From: Lepidodermella squamata
Lineage: Eukaryota > Animalia > Gastrotricha
Direction of reading: 5' to 3'
Assembly (NCBI GenBank): GCA_047495785.1
Contig: JBLDXI010000054.1
Location: 3,224,001 to 3,288,000 of the forward strand
Length of the DNA: 64,000 bases
Positions 50,301-63,900 of the stretch are shown here, piece after piece. The translations under genes were made by a program, and so were the position numbers. A model generated the notes under the pieces. The model saw nothing but the letters and a program-made list of their open reading frames with translations, had not been told where the DNA came from and searched no databases. Every line of letters starts with the position of its first letter. Positions within the stretch are counted from its first letter, which is position 1.

Positions 50301-53300
50301 ACGTGTCCTCAAGTGTATTGAGAAGGCCGCCGGCAATACATTTGGGAATAAGTTCGAGCGCGAAGAAATGAGGAACCGTGTGTATGGCTACTACGGTCGT
50401 TTTGGCAAACCCCATTTAATGGTCACGGTATCACCTACCGATCACAACAATTGGCTGCTCACATTGTCTGACCCAGATAAGTCAGAAATCGCCGACTCAG
50501 CAATAACCTTAGACGATTTTTATTCTGGGAAATCGTTGCCACCTCTGAACTGGATCCAGAAACATGCAGGATTGGACCCTGTTGCGGCTGCTGCTTATTT
50601 CGACAAGCTGTCCGCATTCATTTTCGGCCCGTTTCTCGGCTGGGATCGTGAAAAAAAGTGTTCCACCCCAGACGGTGGGTATTTCGGCCGAGTACGAGCT
50701 TGGACAGCCGGAATTGAAAGCCAAGGATCGGGAACGCTACACTGGCATGCGTTGTTATGGTTGGATGGGCCTCGTACATCCCTCGAAGAGGCCGAAGATC
50801 CACATTTTGAAACAGCTCTGAAGGATTTCGCTGATTCGGCAACTTCAGCTGAATATCCGATTTTCAAATTTTTTCACAACGGTACCGACGCAGAGGGTCA
50901 TCCGAATTTTATATGTCCTTGTTGCGGAAAAGCTAATTTGTCTATGCGCAAGCTGGAGCTATTTTTAAAGATGAAGAATGCAAATCGTTGCCCCTACTCG
51001 ATAGCTTCGTGCCCTGGCTGTAGCACGAATTTTACGGCTTGTTCTTTGCGTGAAAAGTGTTTCACCGCTCTGACCGAAACTTTTGGTCTTGACCTCACGA
51101 ATTTAAAACCTTCAGTTCGCTTGAGACTGGCAACTCCGCAGCCTTTTCCGCTCCCCGCCACTATCGACGGCGCGACTGTAATTGCATGCAATGAAAAGAT
51201 CATCAGACACCTGTCAGGTGAAAGCTTGGTCGGCTTAATTTCAGAGGAGGAAAGAAAACTCATTTTCGATTCAATTTTCTTGACCGAAGGCATTGCTGCT
51301 GTCCAGGAACATGCATACATGCATTATAGCAGTTGTTTCAAAAAAGGTATTAGTAAATATTTTACAATGACGAAATTGAATTAAATTTTTATGTACCTTA
51401 GGGCCAAAACGAGGAATGAAGCACTGTTACTGCCGTTTTGGAAAGCCCGCAGATCGTACCGCTGAAACTACAATCGGGTCCAATAATACCGCTGGAGTTC
51501 GTATCGATGAAGAGGTCAAGTTAAGGCGAACCCTAGGGTGTGAATGGCTGAATGGATTCTCGTCTGAACTTTTCTCGCTGATTAGATCGAATCACGACAT
51601 ACGACATTTGCGAGGCTGTTCGATTACCTATTCTGTGAAGTATGTGACGAAACCTCAGGAAGATGTCGATTCAAAAGCTGCTATCCAAGCGTACTCCGAA
51701 GGATTGGAGAAATCAATCAAGCGCCGAATAGACAGAGAAACTGAAACCATCCCTGAAGCTCAACGAGGCGCTGGGCGATTGCGCAGTCTCCTGTACAACT
51801 TGACCCACCGGCAAGAGATCTGCACTCCAATGGCAGCACTGTATTTGTTGAGGAACGATATCGCGTTTTACGAGTCCCACGTTTCCAGTCGACTGTACCT
51901 GAACTCAGCCTTGGCTCTTTTGAACAATCGAGACGTTAATGTTAATCTCGAGCGACAAAATGACGGTTCTTTCAAGGGGTACCATGCGATTTCCGATATC
52001 ATATTGCGACCTGAAGAATTTGAAAATTTGTGCTGGTATGATATCACCATGCATTTCGAGAAATGTGCCCTGGGGAAAAATGACGATTGCTACAGATTGC
52101 AACCTGAGCACGCTCAATTCAGAAAAATGGCATATCGTCAACGCGAGCAACCAGCTGTCGTAGTAGTCGTTGGCCCAGGCTTGTTGCCTACCCAAAGAAT
52201 AGAAAACGATAAACAGATGGAAGATTTCGCATTATCCTGTTTACTGATGTTCGTGCCGTTACCCCGAAGCATCGGCGATTTGAAACGCTCTAAAAACACT
52301 TGGACTGAAGCGTGGAGAGACGCCTTAACGTCCGGAGACGTGTCGGATAACGGCCTGAAATATATTAAGTATAATCAAGATCGCTGGGACATGCTGCTTA
52401 AAGGCCAGCAAATGACCGAGGCTTATTATGAACACCTCAAAGAAATGGAGAAGGTAATAATCAAAATTAATCATGTGTAAATTAATATTAAACTTCAAAT
52501 TTTCTGAACTTTCAGAACATGCCAAATCGGAGCGACCTGAATGCTTCAGAAATCGTGGGAGAAAACGAAGAAAATCAAGCTGAATTCGACTATTCCTTTG
52601 AAAGTATGGAAAATGTCGATTCTGAAATCTATTCGGACGCCGACGAAGACAACTGGCTCGCGGATGAAGTTGAAATCGATGGTTCAAATAACACGTCATT
52701 TCTCGCTGATCTAAATTTGCCGAGCCATCTGAGCCACGTTAGCCAGAAAGATTTGGAGAGCGGAATCAAGCAAAAGCCTACCGAAATCGAAAATGGCGAG
52801 TCTCCCGTTGCTTTGAACGATGTATTGCCGAAGCCTGAAGGTAAATACCGGCCATTATCAGTCACTGAAGTGCTTGTTCTGGGCAAATTGGCGCGTGATG
52901 ATTGCTTGTATCAATCAAGCAGTAGCACCTACTGTGACGCACGTAAATCTCAGACCCGAAACCAAATAGACGCTTTTGTCAATGTCCCGGGAAGCCCTGG
53001 CCAGCCTGAAATTCGAATTCCAATTTTTGCGTCTTTAAATGAGATTTCGAAGGCTTTCAACTACACCGAGGATCAGCACAGGGCATTCATCGTACAAGGA
53101 AGAGCTTTTTTACAACGCCTTCTGGATGACGAGGTTGACGATATGTCAATTGAGACTTTGCTTGACCATCAGCAGGTGTTGCTGCTACATGGCCTAGGAG
53201 GCGCTGGGAAATCCACCGTAAGTATCACCTCGATTTATTAACGCTGTAGCAATTTATTTACACCATATAGGTAATCCGCGGATGGCTGGCTCTTGCTGCT

Positions 53301-55222
53301 AGCTGGCAACGACCGGGCTCCATTGCAACAATGGCAGTCTCGGGAGTAGCTGCGATCAATGTTAACGGCTGTACTCTAGCCTCGGCAATTTGCGGATTCG
53401 TCCAGAGCGATTGCAAAAGCATTTCTGATAACATCAGACAACGCTTCGGCGGCCTCAAATTGATCATCATTGACGAACTCTCAATGTTGGGTAATTACTA
53501 TTTTAGTAGCTCAATATTCTTAGGAAGGATTTTTAGACGGACAAATAAATGATGGAATCGACTCTATGTTAAATTTTAATTAAGTAGATTATTAAAAAGT
53601 GCGCTAGTTTTAATTTTTTTCATGTCATATTAATACAGCTCAAAATCAGCTCGAAGCTCTTGAAAAGTGGATACAAGAAGTGTTTGACGACAAGAGGAAA
53701 GGCAATTTTTTCGGCTGTGCCAATGTTGTTCTTGCTGGCGACTTCTTCCAACTACCCCCTGTCAATGGGTCCCTATTATATTCTGAAAAAGGCCAATCTG
53801 AGGGTTTCCGATGCTATCGAACGATCACTCAAAACACTGTGTTGCTCACGAAAAATCTCCGTACTGACGCTCCTGATTACGCAGCCTTACAGGAGAAAAT
53901 ACGCCAGGGCTTGTGGGATGACGAAATTTGGAACCTTCTACGCGACCGAATTGGAAAAATCCCCGATGGAGACGGGTTTTGTCCGAAAATAGTCACCCAA
54001 AATGAAACACGGCATCGATTGGCGAAACAACATCTTCGTTCAGTTTGTCTTGAGTTGGCCGAAAAAGGCGAGAAAGAACCAATTATGCTCGAAGCTGATT
54101 TCAAAATCTCTTCCGATAAGGCAGAACCGCTCTCCAAACATGAAATTGATTTCTTGAAAACACTGGGCGATGAGAAATTGGAGAGAATTCAAACATTCCT
54201 GCCGTTGTACTTGGGTGCCAATGTGCTAATTTCAACGAGCCTTAACGTTCCGATGGGTATTTTTATCCGATATCCGTTACTTAAGACTTTAAGACTTAAG
54301 ACATACTTTAAGCGAAACCAAATTATTTTTCAATTTTTAGTATAAGAAAGCGTGATTGTCCTTGAAAATTCATTCGATTATTTCGGTTTTAGGAATTGTG
54401 ATTACGTATATCCGATAAACCATAAATTTGATATGAAATTCTAAAAGGATTTTTTAAATTTCAGCATGATAACAATTTTTGTCCTGTTCAAACTGTTCTT
54501 TAAATGAATCATCCTTGAATTATTTAGGTTTGGCGAACGGCACAAGGGGACGAATTGTTGGTTGGAAGTTTCCCGAAAATACGCAATACGTTATTGTAAT
54601 ATTTCATACATCCCGAAATGTTTAATTATTTTTCCTAAATTTCAGCGAGAATTTGAAGGAATGCGATTCCGTATTCCGATCGATCCGTCAACTAAGAAGC
54701 GCGCAACCATTGAATATGTCTTAGTGGAACTCGCGTCGGGGAAGTTGAGGTATAAGCCGCCGAACCAACCCCCAGGCCTTCCCGATAACGTTATTGCGTT
54801 GCCTCCAATGCAACATAAATTGCGAAATCGGGTTAAAATCGCGAACAGCAAGCACAACCAACGGAAAACCGTTTCCATCACCATTACGGCCGTTCAGCTG
54901 AGGCAAGCAGATGTAATGACCACTCACTGCACGCAAGGTTTAATGTTGTGATAATTTTATTTAGCCAAGTCAACATCTCGTGTCTTCAGGTTGCCAATTT
55001 GATCGGTATATTATTGCCGAAACGTCCCCAAGGCATTTTTACGTCCAAATTTCACGCGGAAAGCAGGGCCTGAGCAGCATCGGCATCATCGACCTCCCAG
55101 AGTCTCTCATGAGTCTATGCAAGCCGTGCCCGGCACTATGCAAGGAAATGGAACGTTTAAGTGTGCTTCATCGTATCACCAAGTCACGCTACGACTTCGC
55201 CTTTCCTTCACAGCCTTCGTAA
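47313..55222 (+). CDS. Helitron Rep-PIF1 helicase polyprotein with an N-terminal leader and 2A-like motif; about 13 introns; exact start codon uncertain
   Basis: Manual splicing keeps one open frame from 'GDIESNPG|P' through Rep motifs (LMVTVSP; ESQGSGTLHWH; YSVKYVTK) and PIF1 motifs (GLGGAGKST, IIIDELSM, GDFFQLPPV, GLANGT, THCTQG, YVQISRG) to TAA at 55222. Confidence 0.88.
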
Positions 55223-55663
55223 TTATGAGCCATTATTACGTCTTTAGTTGATTAGCAATAAAACTTCTCCATTGGAACTTGGACGTAAAGGTGGTTGTAA
55301 ACAATTTTAGCAATTTTCGTTCAACATTTCACTGACTAATGAAATCCGATATTCTAAGGAGTAGCTAGTTGTTTGACATTTCCAACGTGCTCTCCTATGA
55401 ATTTCCGATTACTCTGTCAGGCTGCTTCACGCCCATTTGTAATTCAATTGTTGCGCAATACTACGCGCCAAAACGTCGCGTGCTTTAAAAAGTAAATCTG
55501 CCACCATTTTACCGCCTTTTTGGCTACTTAAACCTCCCTTCTGTGGTCATCAACATCATTCACAGCTTTCTCAACATTTTCGTGTACTATTGTTCTTCAT
55601 TATTATCCTATTATTATTCCTTGTTATTATTCTTATCGTTTTTTAATCTCATTTCAATCTGAC

Positions 55664-56766
55664 ATGTCTCGTGGTCGCGGAATAAAACACGGGCTCAATC
55701 TTAATGAGATGTCGGAGGGCGAACGCCCTGAATCGAGGGCAAGGATCGATTCACCCAGTAATTTTTACTGCAATTAGTTAATTCTGGTGACTCGTATTTT
55801 TCCAGATTTGATAAACGAGGATTCGGTCGACTATGACTTCGATCTAACTGACGTCATGTCGACAACGCCAGTTAAGCCGCTCTCGCTCTGGACATTGACA
55901 ACGCCAGTCCATGACGCCGCAGTGATAATTCGAGTCGCTAGCTCCAGCGGCATTGCGTAATTTTAATTTCTACGCTTGAGTTTTTTATACCTAGTTATTT
56001 GTTCCTAGTCACTACTCCAACGGCGCAATGGTCACCTTCGTCATTTACGACGGCAAGGACAACCGGAAGCTCAAATGCACCACGCAAGCTGAGCTGATAG
56101 CCGGCAAGCTGCTCTTCAACAGAACTTTCAAAATTTTCGGCTTCAAGGCCGAAAAGGTGAGAAATTTCTTGACATTATATAATTTGCCATTCATTCATCA
56201 ATTCTTTACCGGTCATTTAATTTAATCTATTTCCCAACAGGACACCGACCCAGTTTTCGGGGCAACAAGTTTCAGAGCTGAATCTTCGTTCACAGCAGTG
56301 CCCGTCGACGATATCCTCGTTCCTCAGCTGACGTGGAACGTTATTTCGCCGACGGATTTTGCGGCTATTCAGCTCAACGAAACCAGGCGCTTCACTGACC
56401 TGCTTGGTTTCGTCAGCCAAGAAGAAGCGCCAGCGCCTGTAACGCCTACAAAAAGCGGCATCGTATGTATTTTTATTACTCCTGGTTTTTTTTTAATTTT
56501 CTATTTTTCAGAATCGTCCGTTGACAAAAATGGACTTCACGCTGAAGCTTTCTCCTCTCGTCAGCGTGAAGATGTGCGTATGGGAGGACCAAATTCCTGC
56601 CCTCAAACGAGCAACCAAGCCGAAAATTGTAGCGTTCAAGCATGCTACGATTCAGCGCTCAGAGCGTTTCGGCCTTCAGGTTTCCTGCACAAGGAACCTG
56701 CAAGTAAATCCCGACTTCGAAGAGGCCATGGTCCTTCGCCGCCAACTTGTACCAATGCGAAAATAA
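55664..56766 (+). CDS. Helitron-encoded RPA70-like ssDNA-binding protein with two OB folds, 5 exons
   Basis: The spliced product has 'IIRVASSSGIAHYSNGAMVTFVIYD', 'FTDLLGFV', 'VKMCVW', 'IVAFKHATI' and 'VNPDFEEAMVLR', which resemble RPA70 DBD-A/B (…NPDIPEAYKLR). Confidence 0.72.
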
Positions 56767-57906
56767 CACTGTTTTTACTCATTTTGATCATTCTTTTTTT
56801 CATCATCTCATTTCATTTCATTACATCAGTTTTATTGTGAAACTTATCAATTGAAGTACAACTTTTTCTTTACTGCTCATTCAACAAACTTTAACAATAA
56901 AACGCGTCTGAGTGTCAATTCAACCCAACTTTTATTATTTCCGGAAGCCAGTAGAAGCTAATTTTTTTGCTAACTTTAGCAACACTTAGTTGGAGCTTGA
57001 ATGGCGAACAACAGCATATCTTTGTGGGCAATTTTCCGTAACAATCCTGATTGATTGATGATAGGCTAGATACAAATATATGTATTAGTGAGTAGTCATC
57101 CCAATTGTATGACGCAATAGAAGCTAATAAGGACGCACGTCTCAAGTAATCATAAATCAAAACTAAAGTTCTGGCGCTGAAATAAATGATGTTGCGAAGC
57201 ACGCAAGAGACACAAACATAAAATTAACAAGCTAAGAGCAAGATAAAGCAGCAGCTGTAACCTTATTTTCAATTATTGATAGAGTCAGGCCGATCCCTTC
57301 ATTCGTAAGCTGACTAGCTCGAAAGCCCTGGTCATCGAATCGGATTCGGTCATCGGTGACAGGTTTTAACTTATCAACCTAAGCCCTGTTAAATCACCAT
57401 GTTTGGTGTCAGGGTCTAACATCCACCCATCCATCGTATTTTCTTGTAGATATTTTTGGTACACCACAAGAACTAATAGAAGCATCTCAATCCACGAATG
57501 CTAATAGTTATTCAGTTATTAACCTTCCCTAACGTTACCTCCGAGCGCCACGGCCCCAACCAACTTCCAACCCTCCCGGATTGTGGCTGTGCGACAGCCA
57601 CTGCAGTGATGATGAGTTTGATCATTTAGAACTAGAGTCACACAATGGAGTTGGAAAAAGTAGAAAATTAGTTACAAATTATTGAGTTACGTCGCTAATA
57701 AAATTCAGTATTGAAAAAAGAGAGGCATATACTTCAAGGTAGCGATTGCGGGGACGGCGTAGTCGCTACTAAAGATAATACTCTACAAACAAGCAGTGAG
57801 CAGCATGTAGTTAGTGGCTCCTGCTTATTATCTGCAACGCAAACATACAGCGGCTCGATTTTTTTCCTCTCAGACCACAAACAGCTGAGACCTGAGACGT
57901 GTGAAA

Positions 57907-60900
57907 ATGAATCCGGGAGGGTTGGAACAACCCGAACCGGATGTAAAGCAGGGAAATTTGGTCGGCCGGGGGGAGTTGTAAAATACTAAAAAAAGTTATA
58001 TTATAGAATAAAAAATAATTTTTAATATTAAACATTATTTTAATGTCAAGAACTGGCGCTGATTTCAAAATTGTTTCTGGTTCTTGGCAACAACGCTTTT
58101 CAGCGGCCTATGTACAGCCGTATGATACCGAAGTCAACCGTAAACGACAGCCAAACCCTGATCTGGGTGAAAACTGCCATGGTCATAATTATACGCATCA
58201 TTCACATCATCCATGCATGCATGAGTTCTATTTTATGTTTTTTTCCTAGTTTATTTCCGATGAAGCGACTGCCAGCAACTGTTTTGGTTTTTGTTATTAT
58301 AAGTTTGCTGAGAAACGATTCAACGTGGTATCAAGGAAGACAGAAGGTATTGAGTGAAGCTCTGTATGAACCATGGGGCGATTGGGTTGATGCGGTTGAT
58401 CATTTCGCTGCGAAAGAAGTTTTCCGTAATTGTTTGCGCTGGAGATTTAGCAGATCAACCGTGACTTTTTCTATTTTGGTTTGTGGCGACATCGAGTCTA
58501 ATCCAGGGCGTAAGTGCTGTAAGGAGATTTTTTAGTGACACTAGTATTTTTTCTTCAGCAAATAATCAGCGGTCGAATAGTGATCATACTGGTCCTGAGT
58601 TTCGCAAAGTTGTTTCCACACGTACTACACGTACGTTTATACACTTTACTTGTTACTTAGTTTGGATTTAACTAAATGTCTAATACAGAAGCTGCTTCAA
58701 TTGGCAAACCTCTGTTTTCAGCTAGTATGGCTAGTCCTTCAAGAATTCCAGTTCAACTGCCATCGAACAGCGGAAAGGCTATTCCTACCGTTAACATAAG
58801 CATGTTTTCGACCCCTCCGAAACTCCCTGTGCGAATCGACCTTGCAAGCCCAGCTGTTTTGGGTGGCAAAAGACAGCTTGATTTTAACAATGGTAGGCAT
58901 GCATTTTATAATTGATACAATTATTCTAATTCTGTGGTTGTTTTGTAGAAGGAGGTAGCCTTGTTGTAAAAAGACCTATGACTTCATCATCCGCAACTGG
59001 ACATTCAACGCCGTCTGGGCCTGCTAGAATAGAGGTTATGCCAGAAATGCGCTTGACACCTCTAAAATTGAAAATGGTAGGCTTTAGTGCAAAATAACTT
59101 GATTTAACATTATTCGGATAGATTGATCAATTGGATGCAAATCGAATCGAAGTCGAAGGCATCGGTGCTTATTTTCACGCCTGTTTTGCCATGAAATTGT
59201 TCGGTTTTGAAACCCTGTCCAAATTTAAAGAGCAGTGCTTTGGAAGAATGGAATTGCTGCATTTATCTGCTTTGCAATCAAAGAGATTGATTGAGCGCGG
59301 CTTGCTAACAGAGAATCAAATAAAGAAAACACCTTTAATGGTGAAAGCCGAAGATGTTGACGCTGAAATAAGTAGGCTATTTACTCCATGGTGCTGCATA
59401 CACATTCGCTATTCACTATTATGTAGGAAAACATCCGCAGTCTTCACAATCTACAGTGACAGGGACAACGACGCCAAAAGCACAGTCAGGCTCTAAGTCT
59501 CAATCACGCAATTTATTTATTGCCGAGGATACACCTTGTTATAGTGAAGATATATACGAGGTCAAGGTAATCAGCTTGAACAATTGGAGAAACGTTTGAG
59601 GGAAAACAAAATTATTCATAGGAAACGGTTCAGCCGGAGGATTTACCCGATGCCGATGTCGATTCAAGCATGCGAGTGTTCGAAGCAATCTCTGATTTCA
59701 AGAAAGAAAATGCAGTCAACAAAATCAAGGACTTCTTCTCGGCGGATAATTTGACTGAAACGGTGTGCGCTGTCTGTCAGGAACTAGTACCAAAACGAGA
59801 CATCATTACGAAAATCCTGGAGCAGTCGTTTATCTACAACCGATTGTCTCGATTGCGTTGGGCCGATTCCATTCCTAGCAATGTGCGTCAGGAATACTGC
59901 GCTAAAGATATTGACGAACGATTAGCCGGCCTCGCTTTGAATCCTGCAGGCGTTTCGAACAGTGCAGAAGGAACTTCCATGCAGTTTTGCAAGCATTGTT
60001 ACGACTCGCTTTGCTCTTCTAGCATAAAAACGCCGCCTGTGATGGCAATAGCAAATGGATGGGCGTTTGGGAGATTGCCGGAACAATTTTCGTCATTGTC
60101 TTGGGCGGAACGAAAGATGACATCGCTCGTTCAAATTGCTGCGAACATTCAAATAATCGGTCGAAATTTACGCAGACAATTACGTAGCCACACGATTGCT
60201 CTTGTCGCTACACCCGGTCCTGCTGCTACACAAATGCCCATGGCTTTGGAAGATAAAGATTACCTTGTTGTTTTCGCGAATGCTACTGACGATGACATGA
60301 AGGTAAAATTTGTGAAATTTTGGAGATTTATTTCATATTTGACTTGTATGGTTAGATTGCCAAACAAAAATACGTTCGTGTTCGGCGAGAATTGGTGCGT
60401 GACTTCATGATGTTCTTGAAACAAAACAACAAATCGTTCAAAATGATTCCCATTGATGATGTTGCGCTCAATGCATTACCTGAAGATGATGAAAGGTTGG
60501 ATTTGACTACGATTTTGAATGATGGCGAAGAAATCATGGGTGACATCAGCGCAGAATCGATTCGCGTGAATAGCGGTTTAGATGAAGGTGGATTGTTAGA
60601 AACTCATTCTGGTTTATTTGATGTCAACACATCGCAAGGCCGGCAACCTGATGTCGAAAAAGTTGATGAAATCAAAGACGGCGAAAATCTAAAACGTTTT
60701 CGTGTGACATCATCGAACGTCTTCCAAAATGAACGTGACGCCGAATTTTTTATCAAGGCTTTTCCTAATTTGTTTCCGTACGGGGTTGGCTCGCCTTTAT
60801 GCCCACGGCCGGTGCATGTCTCGTTAGAAAAAGCGGTGAAACATTTGATGCGAATAGCCGATCGAAGATTTGCGATAGATGCGAATTTCGTTTTGCTGGC

Positions 60901-63900
60901 GTTTGATATGATAGCTCGGAAACGAGCGCACTTGCAGCTGTCTGTGCGATTAAAATGTGATCCGAATATTGCGGCGGAAGCTGTAAGCGTTTCACCCGAA
61001 AATTTTTCTGAACTGCTTCAGTACCAAATTGGGGCCAGAGCTGCAATAAGCCGAAACCAAAAGCCGAGCGATATCCCCGAGTCTCTTCGCTCTGCATCAC
61101 GTGTCCTCAAGTGTATTGAGAAGGCCGCCGGCAATACATTTGGGAATAAGTTCGAGCGCGAAGAAATGAGGAACCGTGTGTATGGCTACTACGGTCGTTT
61201 TGGCAAACCCCATTTAATGGTCACGGTATCACCTACCGATCACAACAATTGGCTGCTCACATTGTCTGACCCAGATAAGTCAGAAATCGCCGACTCAGCA
61301 ATAACCTTAGACGATTTTTATTCTGGGAAATCGTTGCCACCTCTGAACTGGATCCAGAAACATGCAGGATTGGACCCTGTTGCGGCTGCTGCTTATTTCG
61401 ACAAGCTGTCCGCATTCATTTTCGGCCCGTTTCTCGGCTGGGATCGTGAAAAAAAGTGTTCCACCCCAGACGGTGGGTATTTCGGCCGAGTACGAGCTTG
61501 GACAGCCGGAATTGAAAGCCAAGGATCGGGAACGCTACACTGGCATGCGTTGTTATGGTTGGATGGGCCTCGTACATCCCTCGAAGAGGCCGAAGATCCA
61601 CATTTTGAAACAGCTCTGAAGGATTTCGCTGATTCGGCAACTTCAGCTGAATATCCGATTTTCAAATTTTTTCACAACGGTACCGACGCAGAGGGTCATC
61701 CGAATTTTATATGTCCTTGTTGCGGAAAAGCTAATTTGTCTATGCGCAAGCTGGAGCTATTTTTAAAGATGAAGAATGCAAATCGTTGCCCCTACTCGAT
61801 AGCTTCGTGCCCTGGCTGTAGCACGAATTTTACGGCTTGTTCTTTGCGTGAAAAGTGTTTCACCGCTCTGACCGAAACTTTTGGTCTTGACCTCACGAAT
61901 TTAAAACCTTCAGTTCGCTTGAGACTGGCAACTCCGCAGCCTTTTCCGCTCCCCGCCACTATCGACGGCGCGACTGTAATTGCATGCAATGAAAAGATCA
62001 TCAGACACCTGTCAGGTGAAAGCTTGGTCGGCTTAATTTCAGAGGAGGAAAGAAAACTCATTTTCGATTCAATTTTCTTGACCGAAGGCATTGCTGCTGT
62101 CCAGGAACATGCATACATGCATTATAGCAGTTGTTTCAAAAAAGGTATTAGTAAATATTTTACAATGACGAAATTGAATTAAATTTTTATGTACCTTAGG
62201 GCCAAAACGAGGAATGAAGCACTGTTACTGCCGTTTTGGAAAGCCCGCAGATCGTACCGCTGAAACTACAATCGGGTCCAATAATACCGCTGGAGTTCGT
62301 ATCGATGAAGAGGTCAAGTTAAGGCGAACCCTAGGGTGTGAATGGCTGAATGGATTCTCGTCTGAACTTTTCTCGCTGATTAGATCGAATCACGACATAC
62401 GACATTTGCGAGGCTGTTCGATTACCTATTCTGTGAAGTATGTGACGAAACCTCAGGAAGATGTCGATTCAAAAGCTGCTATCCAAGCGTACTCCGAAGG
62501 ATTGGAGAAATCAATCAAGCGCCGAATAGACAGAGAAACTGAAACCATCCCTGAAGCTCAACGAGGCGCTGGGCGATTGCGCAGTCTCCTGTACAACTTG
62601 ACCCACCGGCAAGAGATCTGCACTCCAATGGCAGCACTGTATTTGTTGAGGAACGATATCGCGTTTTACGAGTCCCACGTTTCCAGTCGACTGTACCTGA
62701 ACTCAGCCTTGGCTCTTTTGAACAATCGAGACGTTAATGTTAATCTCGAGCGACAAAATGACGGTTCTTTCAAGGGGTACCATGCGATTTCCGATATCAT
62801 ATTGCGACCTGAAGAATTTGAAAATTTGTGCTGGTATGATATCACCATGCATTTCGAGAAATGTGCCCTGGGGAAAAATGACGATTGCTACAGATTGCAA
62901 CCTGAGCACGCTCAATTCAGAAAAATGGCATATCGTCAACGCGAGCAACCAGCTGTCGTAGTAGTCGTTGGCCCAGGCTTGTTGCCTACCCAAAGAATAG
63001 AAAACGATAAACAGATGGAAGATTTCGCATTATCCTGTTTACTGATGTTCGTGCCGTTACCCCGAAGCATCGGCGATTTGAAACGCTCTAAAAACACTTG
63101 GACTGAAGCGTGGAGAGACGCCTTAACGTCCGGAGACGTGTCGGATAACGGCCTGAAATATATTAAGTATAATCAAGATCGCTGGGACATGCTGCTTAAA
63201 GGCCAGCAAATGACCGAGGCTTATTATGAACACCTCAAAGAAATGGAGAAGGTAATAATCAAAATTAATCATGTGTAAATTAATATTAAACTTCAAATTT
63301 TCTGAACTTTCAGAACATGCCAAATCGGAGCGACCTGAATGCTTCAGAAATCGTGGGAGAAAACGAAGAAAATCAAGCTGAATTCGACTATTCCTTTGAA
63401 AGTATGGAAAATGTCGATTCTGAAATCTATTCGGACGCCGACGAAGACAACTGGCTCGCGGATGAAGTTGAAATCGATGGTTCAAATAACACGTCATTTC
63501 TCGCTGATCTAAATTTGCCGAGCCATCTGAGCCACGTTAGCCAGAAAGATTTGGAGAGCGGAATCAAGCAAAAGCCTACCGAAATCGAAAATGGCGAGTC
63601 TCCCGTTGCTTTGAACGATGTATTGCCGAAGCCTGAAGGTAAATACCGGCCATTATCAGTCACTGAAGTGCTTGTTCTGGGCAAATTGGCGCGTGATGAT
63701 TGCTTGTATCAATCAAGCAGTAGCACCTACTGTGACGCACGTAAATCTCAGACCCGAAACCAAATAGACGCTTTTGTCAATGTCCCGGGAAGCCCTGGCC
63801 AGCCTGAAATTCGAATTCCAATTTTTGCGTCTTTAAATGAGATTTCGAAGGCTTTCAACTACACCGAGGATCAGCACAGGGCATTCATCGTACAAGGAAG

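Larger units (their letters stand above)
47109..57610 (+). mobile_element. Autonomous Helitron2/Helentron-type rolling-circle transposon, copy 1
   Basis: Identity with copy 2 starts at 47109. An 18-bp asymmetric inverted repeat AATCCGGGAGGGTTGGAA (47112-47129) / TTCCAACCCTCCCGGATT (57565-57582) is followed by hairpin GTGGCTGT-GCG-ACAGCCAC (57583-57601). Encodes Rep-helicase and an RPA-like gene. The exact right end is approximate. Confidence 0.9.

Noticed and set aside
57625-57640. CTAG as a canonical Helitron 3' end
   Set aside because: It is over 30 nt from the hairpin and followed by A rather than T; the asymmetric inverted repeats fit Helitron2 better.
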